Shown here one piece after another: positions 11,201 through 17,542 of a stretch of 64,000 nucleotides of DNA. Source of the stretch: a bacterium. GTDB lineage: Bacteria > AUK180. The notes beneath the pieces were generated by a model. That model saw only the letters and a program-made list of their open reading frames with translations, searched no databases and was not told the DNA's origin. The stretch is taken from positions 80,799 to 144,798 of the forward strand of contig JAGLGN010000006.1 in assembly GCA_023144005.1 (NCBI GenBank), read 5' to 3'. Numbering within the stretch: the first letter of the stretch is position 1; each line of letters starts with the position of its first letter. Both the position numbers and the translations under genes were made by a program.

Positions 11201-13855
11201 ATCGCTGTATTTAGAATATGAACTGCCGGCCTGGAAAGAATCGAAAACACCTTCAACCTGAACACCGGAAAGCCATCTGTTCTTTATAGCTGAGTAGATA
11301 TTGGCGTTCGTGAATGTGAATACGCAGAAATATATCGAGCTGTGAGCATTATTGATGGCGGTGATCATCTTCTGATGAATATCGTCATTCGGCGCCATAT
11401 AGATCTCAACATTATTATCGGAACGGCCGAATTGAACCTTCTTACCACCGCCGACCGTAAATTCATGATATCTTGTGCCTATTCCCGAATATGTTTTACC
11501 GCCGCCTGAACGGCCGGCCCAGAACTCATTCATCTCCTGAGTATAAAGGGTCGCTACATCATAATCCTGGAAATAAATGACATTCTGCGCGTCATTCGTC
11601 GTTCCCGACGCATTTATATTCCAAGAACCGGTCATTATGAGATTCTTTACGGGAGATGTCGCATGATCATAATCAAGTACGATAAATTTATTATGTGAAA
11701 GTCCGGTATCGCCTGAGCCGTCATCGGCGTCATTTCGAACCGCTGCACCGCCGTATGCGGATTCAAGGTCCGAGTGGAAATCATTTTCACTGTCCCAATA
11801 ATATTTTTCTGTCCACCAGCGGAAATTTGCAAAACTGCCGTCAACGAGTTCGGTTTCAAGGGATTGAATTCCGGCAGTATAGAATGCGCCGTCCACATAA
11901 TCCAGAGCACTGCCGATCCTGTTTTCCAATTGATTATCAAGTGAAGTGCCCAGACTCATGCCGAGCGTGGTGGCCTGTAATTGCGTTGTTGCGGCATAGG
12001 TCTGATCCACCGAATCATTAAAATACACTGTGTACCATTTGGTATTTGTCATATTGACCGTTATGGGAGAAGTAGTGTCAAGCTCACCCGGTGTGGAGGG
12101 ATCTGATGCGGATGATTTTATTATAAATCCGTTATCCGAAGTGCTTGATGATGCCTCCATACCCTTGAATCTGAATTGAAGATATGAAGGGTTGGCAAGC
12201 GGAGAATTACTATTATAAGCGTAATAATCGTATGTGATCTCCTGTCCGGAAACAGTAAAATATGCAATATCTTCCGAAAGAGAAGTAACACCGTCCAGAA
12301 GGACATCAACATTGTCCGTGGTAGGAGGCGACCAATTGCTCGGAACCGTTATGCTCACCTTGTAGATATCATAGGTCGCGCCGGGAGTATAATTTATATA
12401 AACATAACTTCCGATACCACCCGCGAATATTGGGTCATTGTCCTGATAATTGAGGGCGGCGGTTCCGCTTCCGTCACCTGCTCCGGGAGTATAAACATTG
12501 ACGGTCGGGGATGTCCCGATCTCTGTCAGCGTCCCGCCGGAGCCCTTTGATTTAGTCGTAAAAGTATATAGAGCATCTGTGGAGGATGTTGCTCCGCTAC
12601 CTGAACCGGAAGTGTCTCCGTATTTTAATGTAAAGGTCTCGGCAGCCTCAAGATTCGTACAATCCACCAGAAGCGTCCATGGGCCGGTGCCGGATATTCC
12701 GTTGAGGGAACAGGTAGCCCCCGCTCCGGAAGTAACGGTAACATAGCCGTCATTGTTTGAATTGGTGGAGGGAGTTGTCCAGGTTGCCGGAACTGTTATC
12801 TCCACTTGGCCTCCTGAAAGATCGGCCTGGGCGGTGAAAAGGAAGGAGAACTCCGTAAGAACTCCATTTTCGGCTGAAGTAGGATCGACGGGACATGTTC
12901 CGGAACCGTCCGTACTGACTGTTGTAAAGGTAAATACATAGCTCGGACCTTCACCACCGTCGGCATCGCCGTCGAGGCCATTGCCGGATGTATCCTGCGC
13001 GCCGCTTGTTATGGTTACCGTATAAAGCTGGCCCTGGGCGAAGGTGTCATGAACCACTGTCATCTGAGAGTCCGCGGCATTCCATGAAAATACCTTGCCG
13101 GTTACATCAGGAACTATTGAGAATGCTGACTCAGCCGTAGAGGTATTCATTGCCTCGTCAAAAACGATTATGATATCCTGGCCGAGTGATACGGATGTCG
13201 CACCCGAATTCGGGGTAGTATCTATTACCTGGGGTGGGACCGTCTCGCCGCCGCCGCATGTACTGTTCATACAGGAATTGGCTTGTCCGGGAGTACCGTT
13301 GATCGAAGGCTCACCGTTTTTCGTGACTCCATCATTTGTAGCCCAATTTGAACTAACTGTACCATCTGAACATGGGTCTATTCTTTCCATGGTATAGAAT
13401 CCTGCTGCTACACCAGCAAACCAGGTACCGCTATTATCATCGGCAGTATCGATCACATTGCCACCACCATTCTGGGCATCATAAAGAATTATCTCATCTC
13501 CGCCTACATTCAATCCGATCGTGGCATCCCATATCTCTTCGGTGGCGCCAGAAGTAAAAACATTAACATCATTGGCGTAAACAAGATAACCGCCCGCTGG
13601 AATAACTGTAGTGCTTTCACCATCGGCTACAGAAAAATTAAGAGTAACTCCCGTATCTGCACCGTAAATAGACCAGTTGGCGATATCTATATCACTTCCT
13701 GTTGTATTGTAGAATTCTATCCACTCATCTGATGTACTTGCGGAGGTTCCCATCCAGGAAATTTCATTGATTACAACATCGCCGGCAGAGGCTGCGAAAA
13801 GCAAAGAAGATGCGAGAAGCATCATAAAAACAATTGTCAAAAAGCGTTTATACAT
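5216..13855 (-). CDS. Giant secreted multidomain protein: 4 lamin-tail-like domains, Ig-like domains, phospholipase D/nuclease (2 HKD motifs), TolB/PD40-like propeller, ZU5-like domain, T9SS-type-A/FlgD-like C-terminal domain
   Basis: Signal peptide; four (V/L/I)I(N/S)E...W(I/V)E.Y...PG..N modules; SbsA-like Ig (PPQVIDTTP...IVFDEAMN); HNKFIVLD..TGSWN and HHKYMIID..TGSTN; PVWSPDG..VAYVS; VGPSGG...HFSTY; tail IYPNP..IYNVAGEKVR..WD..N....ASGVY....KFAIIR. Confidence 0.88.
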   Translation of the reverse strand: MYKRFLTIVFMMLLASSLLFAASAGDVVINEISWMGTSASTSDEWIEFYNTTGSDIDIANWSIYGADTGVTLNFSVADGESTTVIPAGGYLVYANDVNVFTSGATEEIWDATIGLNVGGDEIILYDAQNGGGNVIDTADDNSGTWFAGVAAGFYTMERIDPCSDGTVSSNWATNDGVTKNGEPSINGTPGQANSCMNSTCGGGETVPPQVIDTTPNSGATSVSLGQDIIIVFDEAMNTSTAESAFSIVPDVTGKVFSWNAADSQMTVVHDTFAQGQLYTVTITSGAQDTSGNGLDGDADGGEGPSYVFTFTTVSTDGSGTCPVDPTSAENGVLTEFSFLFTAQADLSGGQVEITVPATWTTPSTNSNNDGYVTVTSGAGATCSLNGISGTGPWTLLVDCTNLEAAETFTLKYGDTSGSGSGATSSTDALYTFTTKSKGSGGTLTEIGTSPTVNVYTPGAGDGSGTAALNYQDNDPIFAGGIGSYVYINYTPGATYDIYKVSITVPSNWSPPTTDNVDVLLDGVTSLSEDIAYFTVSGQEITYDYYAYNSNSPLANPSYLQFRFKGMEASSSTSDNGFIIKSSASDPSTPGELDTTSPITVNMTNTKWYTVYFNDSVDQTYAATTQLQATTLGMSLGTSLDNQLENRIGSALDYVDGAFYTAGIQSLETELVDGSFANFRWWTEKYYWDSENDFHSDLESAYGGAAVRNDADDGSGDTGLSHNKFIVLDYDHATSPVKNLIMTGSWNINASGTTNDAQNVIYFQDYDVATLYTQEMNEFWAGRSGGGKTYSGIGTRYHEFTVGGGKKVQFGRSDNNVEIYMAPNDDIHQKMITAINNAHSSIYFCVFTFTNANIYSAIKNRWLSGVQVEGVFDSFQAGSSYSKYSDMVADGMDVKKDSVPGLLHHKYMIIDCDSVRSDPVVITGSTNWTNATDVTGDNDENTIIIHDANVANEFYQEFRARYGPSANITPADADIVPLTCSTNEVKTITLTVTHNGTSGDNMTKVSVWFPDTWSPAPSSANTIVKRNDGHYYNLVTDVTFTAETGGTWVKLICPSTEEIISGGTGGTESVDFVFTNFTSPSSAGPTAFTTKVDWDSNPNAPELSEVSPTPAINIRAGVVVINEVFFRGDNTEDWIEIYCASGGPINVQNWYLTRFSDSDTPNDKIKVLPDITLADGDLLLVTWETPLSSTDETDGTGKGDTKWDIYVNGAENGQMIATDEQVVLKDNLDRFVDAVGWAEHGDASFRTGETTDFTILIDNNQWEDYAVLGTVETTDFLNSDLLDPVAKELYSFARKSDGFDNNQIEDWLIEGSPTPGSGNANLPLLVINEVCYYGSTTSINYFRGIKLEWDWIEIYCLDDTNGGNGIDLDGYIIYEENGAEVTLPSVIIKTGQYLLIEGTTGSNDSEAQVVDNVARIYDNGLALSSGDSYLTLKDSGDHILDFVAWADWTSCPGNWSATTTFFDAAQENGEWYDYAPGSCIVGSVSADDRENDAVCINNDGTNGSIARDGDSTDTNDKVDWSVIANGSPTPGMPNTTPVPSGKMFVTPNKVRPSTSYDFTLEFVTATEPIEMYYTVVPAAFGDPNGWTINLLGTDGGLHTVGTYGAAAGGGTAIWVDGFTGDYLEPGATSALEFVSVTSPAALGGYIYYSGSKVVGEFPYEVANNPVVTVLDGIILISEVNFESSSTSSDYWGTHDWVELYIKDVGGAGIDISSFLITDMDGTDTSFAGSAVTVHTGDYVVVHWIVGEPDETDGTGDTNGNGFVDLYVDDTPLTDTDDQAALMNGAVYYDCAVWANDDGVGTDIPGDVPTLVVEGQWLIEGASPQESDCSNSSLYNYSDSLVRISLASDSDNLYDWARTTTLSPGAANVLDYDGTGIMQVSDTIAGFAYTLTSSHDILDSGTKWQFRFVPQCPVSDGVVSINILPVADGWTAPDTSFISISASEDAVIGSFSISGNHISIPIVSMSQNETMVLTYGTGNDITVGTKASGNDFPFGTKFSGSDIVYPYDDSPEVNLVALAGDHIEVEGPFSNGILVGDSATFTIRLVDEYGNQAPEGDPNATLDITLTIDDFVADNSEDIDTTTLTGATNVDGGNDVSVTGALVGSDGTVRLIDYEPTTGQVPRTLRVTVVDDPSILSGSAVHTIDVSIYPPLTVKKAYSVHTTASDKYKEINVEFTAPFDSYTLGDTTAYSLTKDSGAPHPGVDSFYALTDNRVLRVIPGLDLIPGETYTIAVSETILDGLGVGTTIVAPFTAKFMVPYESGINIAVNEVNNFDATTVTGGRYDLFPVWSPDGTEVAYVSDSNGVCNVYTLDVSNTSNSPVQLTTNLEDVLYFSQIAWGTDGYIYYATYNSAEDHSRLFRRLDDGTGSPVELTTDTWHGWYDPDYCPAAQQPDSTDRLVVTIGGDLYAIDLGALPIDADNQDLSVIKLTHLSDEYSATASRCLQPKWWWGPAAGYPDADELKVAFVYESRTDDSTQIYILNDVEEIINTAIGEATGSPSNMVTVLGDARMTLVTHAPGNASAAYNTLPKWSPSWSLGNNENGGIISYVQDENDLFDNAIFNDVSSGTAVTDSLTGVNFNTYMTNWDDPVLATDDADVNFIPQIIGNNSFNEAFMSWAPAGGDKITYITKVGDTYTLSILPIETQVEVGPSGGILFDNSFTQVHVPADALQDNTSLSVSPPDFVPAVTDDKMVETGEVREFYADDAGITFDEPVTMVIAYADADQDGYVDGSTVYEGNLKVWYYNSTLSPAQWELIGGEVDVDANTLTIQTNHFSTYGLYGYVESKAFVFEDVRIYPNPAVTTEQIFFDHIPALFDTMAIYNVAGEKVREFETADVDISDPGNPTIDWDTTNDDDNRLASGVYILVIETEAGSDYYKFAIIR

Positions 13856-14085
13856 AAAGAACTCCTATTATATATATATTTATGGAATATAATAAGCCTT
13901 AATTAAGTGCAATTTCTGTACCATACGATATGTAGTTTTCCATCCCCCGATATACTTGCTATCTCGTAGTTTTATGGTATTTACAATTTCCATTTTCTGG
14001 AATCCATTTCATTTTTCTGGTATTTTCAGAAATCCTTGCTATTTCTTGTTATGTTCGCCCTTTTTCCTTATTTCAATAATATCTA

Positions 14086-14114
14086 TTGACTTTTTCTTGG
14101 CTTTTTGCTATAGT
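14086..14114 (+). promoter_or_regulatory. sigma70 promoter with extended -10, giving a probably leaderless mRNA
   Basis: TTGACT(14086-14091)-17 nt-TATAGT(14109-14114) with a TG extension. ATG is 5 nt downstream and there is no SD. Confidence 0.7.
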
Positions 14115-14119
14115 ATCAC

Positions 14120-14542
14120 ATGAAACAGAGCACCAGTTTCGACGACTTCATTTCAAAGGTGAAGGACAAGAAAATAATGATCACTTCGCTGAGATACGCC
14201 ATGCTCTCGTTTCTTTATAATTCAAGCAGTCATCCAACCGTAAATGCGATTTTCAATGACATTAAAAGCAAGATGCCGAATACTACACTTGCCGCAATAT
14301 ATAAGAACTTGAGCCTTTTTGAAAGGGAGGGCTTTGTATTGGAATTCGCCCTGCTTGGCGAAAAACATTATGATCTGATGACAGAGTCTCATGATCATTT
14401 CCTCTGTGTATCCTGCAAGAAGATTATTGATCTGCCAACCTCGCCAGATACCCCTGTGGATGAAAGGTTCGGTGTGATCAATTATTCGACAGCATTCCAT
14501 GTCGGCATCTGCAAGGAATGCCAAAATAAGGAGAAAATATGA
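14120..14542 (+). CDS. Fur-family transcriptional regulator, PerR-like
   Basis: HPT..., AAIYKNL helix, HYD...HDHFLCVSC and CKEC zinc motifs; translationally coupled to rubrerythrin. Confidence 0.85.
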   Translation: MKQSTSFDDFISKVKDKKIMITSLRYAMLSFLYNSSSHPTVNAIFNDIKSKMPNTTLAAIYKNLSLFEREGFVLEFALLGEKHYDLMTESHDHFLCVSCKKIIDLPTSPDTPVDERFGVINYSTAFHVGICKECQNKEKI

Positions 14543-15048
14543 GAGACATGACCAAAGAAGCCCTTCAACAGGCATTTTCCGGAGAATCTCAGGCACAACT
14601 TAAGTATCTGATCTATGCTGAGAAAGCGGAGGCGGAAGGCAAGATCAATATCGCTAGATTGTTTCGCGCAGTCGCCCATGCGGAATATGTCCACGCGAAG
14701 AATCACTTCAAGGCATTAGAGAAACTTCACACTACCGCGGAAAATCTGGATGATGCCCGGGGAGGCGAGGAGTTCGAGGTGGAAGAGATGTATCCCGCAT
14801 ACGACGCCATTGCCACATTGCAGGACGAAAAGAAAGCAAAGACGGCTATTTACTATGCTTTGGAAGCGGAAAAGATACACCGGAACATGTACGAGGAAGC
14901 AAAGGATCTCGTTATCGCCGGAAAGGATATGGACGGCAAGAGGATTTACATCTGCCCCATATGCGGCTTCACCCATATCGGCGAGGACGATCTTCCCGGA
15001 AATTGCCCGGTATGCAATGTTCCCAATGAGAAGTTCAGGATATTCTAG
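14539..15048 (+). CDS. rbr: Rubrerythrin
   Basis: AFSGESQA..KY, EYVH, E.FE..EMY and EKIH di-iron ligands; C-terminal CPICG..CPVC rubredoxin-like domain. Confidence 0.93.
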   Translation: MRDMTKEALQQAFSGESQAQLKYLIYAEKAEAEGKINIARLFRAVAHAEYVHAKNHFKALEKLHTTAENLDDARGGEEFEVEEMYPAYDAIATLQDEKKAKTAIYYALEAEKIHRNMYEEAKDLVIAGKDMDGKRIYICPICGFTHIGEDDLPGNCPVCNVPNEKFRIF

Positions 15049-15085
15049 TGTACTGTTCCATAAATTGTACACTATAGGAGAGATT

Positions 15086-15259
15086 ATGGAACTGAAGGAT
15101 AAGATATTAAAATTGTTCAAGAGCTCAAAGCCCTTGAAAAGCGCACAGATCGCAGAAGAACTGAAGATCGATAAAAAGGAAGTGGATAAGATAATCAAAG
15201 AGCTTAAGAAAGAAGATAAGATCTATTCCCCCGAACGATGCAAATATACAAGCAAATAA
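15086..15259 (+). CDS. Small winged-helix DNA-binding protein (57 aa)
   Basis: AGGAG SD then ATG 15086. MELKDKILKLFKSSKPLKSAQIAEELKIDKKEVDKIIKELKKEDKIYSPERCKY has an HTH pattern and a C-terminal SPxRC motif. The longer 14750 start in the ORF track overlaps rbr. Confidence 0.8.
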   Translation: MELKDKILKLFKSSKPLKSAQIAEELKIDKKEVDKIIKELKKEDKIYSPERCKYTSK

Positions 15260-15336
15260 AGTAGCATCGGCATTGTTGCCGTATTTATGAATCATATCAC
15301 TAGTATCTCTTCGGAGGTACGCTGCTCTTTTAAACC

Positions 15337-15370
15337 TGGGAGGGGAGAACCTCCCCCTCCCACCTTTTTT
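15337..15370 (+). terminator. Putative intrinsic terminator after the perR-rbr-wHTH operon
   Basis: TGGGAGGGGAG...CTCCCCCTCCCA stem followed by CCTTTTTT. Confidence 0.55.
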
Positions 15371-15440
15371 CCGCGTGACGCGTCACGTCTGACGCGTAGC
15401 GCTAAATGTGGAGAAAGAAACAGCTGTGAAGGCTGTTGTC

Positions 15441-15650
15441 GTGTGATTCTAACGGGGCAAAGAGTTTACACGCTCCGCTTCCTGTCAACTCTTTGCTTGG
15501 AACTTTTACATCGGGACAGACGAACGCCTTTGGCGTACGACATGTCCCATATCTACCTACGCTCCGGCGTTCTATGTTTTTTTGCCGATAATTTAATGAT
15601 AAATACGAAATATTGTTTTTCCGGTTACGGGTGTATTTCTTGCTCCCATT
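15441..15650. repeat. Dispersed structured repeat family A, copy 1
   Basis: 15441-15554 is near-identical to the reverse complement of 51041-51154, and weaker similarity extends to ~15650 / ~50945. Contains GCAAAGAGTT..AACTCTTTGC and GGGACA..ACGCC/GGCGT..TGTCCC hairpins. Confidence 0.85.
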
Positions 15651-15786
15651 CCCCAACTAACCTCCAGCCTCTAACCTCTATTCTTACCTGCCGCAAAAAG
15701 CGGCTAGGCAAAAAAGTGTTCTAATTCATAAATAAGATGACAATGGAATTCTTAGATTTGAGTTAATTCCCACGATAAATGCAGTC

Positions 15787-16188
15787 TGAAGCGTGAGGTG
15801 TAAAGTGGGAACCAAGATGAAATAAAACTGGATCCCACGGTCGCAGCTCCCTCTGGATGACATTCTCCTCTTCTTCATTTCCTTCCCTCATCCGCTCATC
15901 GGGAGCCCGGCAGCGTCGGGCGACCAACCCAAAAGAGTTTTGAACCGTCTAAGTGACATTGACATTTTTAACGGCATGAATGAATGGCGGCGAAGCCGAA
16001 AATATCCAAGTGTCTGAGTGAGCTAAAGCTAACGAGTTTTGGGATTTTAATGAGTGATGGCCGTGGTGAGTATCGTTGCAAAAAATGACATGAGAGCAAA
16101 GACGGATCAAAACTCCATTAAACAATATTTATTCAATTGTCAATTTTACATTGACAATTCAATGATAATATTCCCTTCGGGCTGAAGC
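15787..16188. repeat. Dispersed ~400-bp structured repeat family B, copy 1
   Basis: Colinear, highly similar direct repeat of 31396-31800, with nested inverted repeats and no credible ORF. Confidence 0.92.
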
Positions 16189-16192
16189 GTTT

Positions 16193-17533
16193 TTATCCGA
16201 AGATCAGCGCCAACACCGAGAATCCCGTGATCACATACAGCATCGGGCTGATCTCTTTATATTTTCCCAAGAGCAACTTTATCAATGTATAGGACAAGAA
16301 CCCCCATACTATTCCCTGCGTAATGGAGAAGGTCAATGGAATAAGAAGCAGTGATAAAAAAGCCGGTATACCCTCTTCAAGTTTTTTAAAATTGATCTTG
16401 CCGATACCCTGAATCATGTAAACACCGATTATCACCATAACGGGCGCGGTAGCAAAAGCAGGTACGGCTCTGATGATATTTGAGAAGAATAAAAGCGGGA
16501 GAAAGAGCAGGCCGATAACTATAGCGGTCAGGCCCGTGCGGCCGCCTTCTTCAACACCGGCGGCGGATTCAACATATGTTGTGCCCGAGCTCGAACCGAC
16601 AATGCCGGAAAGTGTTGTCGAAACAGCATCTACCAGAAGCGCTTTGCCCACATTCTTCGGCTGTCCATCCTTATCCACCATGCCGGAGACCTCTGAAATC
16701 CCGACAAAAGTCGATATTGAATCGAACATATCTGTAAATAAAAAAGTAAATATAGGGGCTAACATTCCAATTGTCAATGCGCCTTTTAAATCCATCTGCA
16801 TGAACACGGACGTAAAATCAGGCATGCTGAGAATGCTTCCGCTCATTTCCACTAATTTCGCGCCACCGAACAATCTTCCCATCGGGATCGCGATGATGGT
16901 GGTGATCGCCATGCCGATCAAGAGCCCTCCCTTTACTTTTTTGATAGTTAGGATAGAGATAAGCAATAATCCCGCTAAAAAGAAATATACTTGAGGTGTA
17001 AATGCCCCGCGTGAAACACAGGTAAATTGATTCGGTACGATAAATCCCGCATTGTTCAAGCCGATGAAGGTAATAAAAAGGCCGATGCCTGCGGCGATAG
17101 ATCTTCTCAAGGTCAAAGGTATAGCCGCTACTATGGCACGGCGGACCTTGAACAAAGACAGTAGAATGAAGACAATTCCCGATAGAAATACAGCCCCGAG
17201 AGCGGTCTGCCACGGAATTCCCTGTATCTTCACCAATGTGATCGCAAAGAAAGCATTGAGTCCCATACCGGGGGCAAGTCCGTATGGCAGATTGGCATAT
17301 AGTCCCATTAATATAGATGACAGCACACAAACGAGGATCGTAGCGGTAACAACGCCGCTAAAGGGCATCCCCGTGCCATCTGAAAGCATGGCGGGATTTA
17401 CCACTACAATATAGCTCATAGTGAGAAAAGTCGTGAGGCCTGCAAGGATCTCCTTTGAAAAACTGGAATTGAATTTATCCAGATTCTTCAGGCTCCAGAA
17501 GAAGCCCTTTGCTTGATAATTGATGTCATTCAT
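16193..17533 (-). CDS. NCS2/AzgA-family purine (guanine/hypoxanthine/adenine) permease
   Basis: EILAGLTTFLTMSYIVVVNP, LAPGMGLNAFF, TTYVESAAGV.EGGRTGLT, ATAP; many transmembrane segments. Confidence 0.93.
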   Translation of the reverse strand: MNDINYQAKGFFWSLKNLDKFNSSFSKEILAGLTTFLTMSYIVVVNPAMLSDGTGMPFSGVVTATILVCVLSSILMGLYANLPYGLAPGMGLNAFFAITLVKIQGIPWQTALGAVFLSGIVFILLSLFKVRRAIVAAIPLTLRRSIAAGIGLFITFIGLNNAGFIVPNQFTCVSRGAFTPQVYFFLAGLLLISILTIKKVKGGLLIGMAITTIIAIPMGRLFGGAKLVEMSGSILSMPDFTSVFMQMDLKGALTIGMLAPIFTFLFTDMFDSISTFVGISEVSGMVDKDGQPKNVGKALLVDAVSTTLSGIVGSSSGTTYVESAAGVEEGGRTGLTAIVIGLLFLPLLFFSNIIRAVPAFATAPVMVIIGVYMIQGIGKINFKKLEEGIPAFLSLLLIPLTFSITQGIVWGFLSYTLIKLLLGKYKEISPMLYVITGFSVLALIFG

Positions 17534-17542
17534 AAATACTCC

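Noticed and set aside
14750-15259. 169-aa ORF overlapping rubrerythrin (possible frameshift fusion)
   Set aside because: Only the last 57 codons look like a protein and they have their own AGGAG SD; the upstream part is an alternate frame of rbr.
15287-15724. ORFs 15287-15724, 15402-15656, 51022-51378 and 51107-51337, which share peptide similarity
   Set aside because: The similarity comes from the non-coding repeat A core; starts, stops and lengths are not conserved between copies.
15787-16188. GAGTTTTGAAC... as a CRISPR repeat or tracrRNA
   Set aside because: No regularly spaced repeat-spacer array and no cas genes; the match is an inverted repeat within one element.
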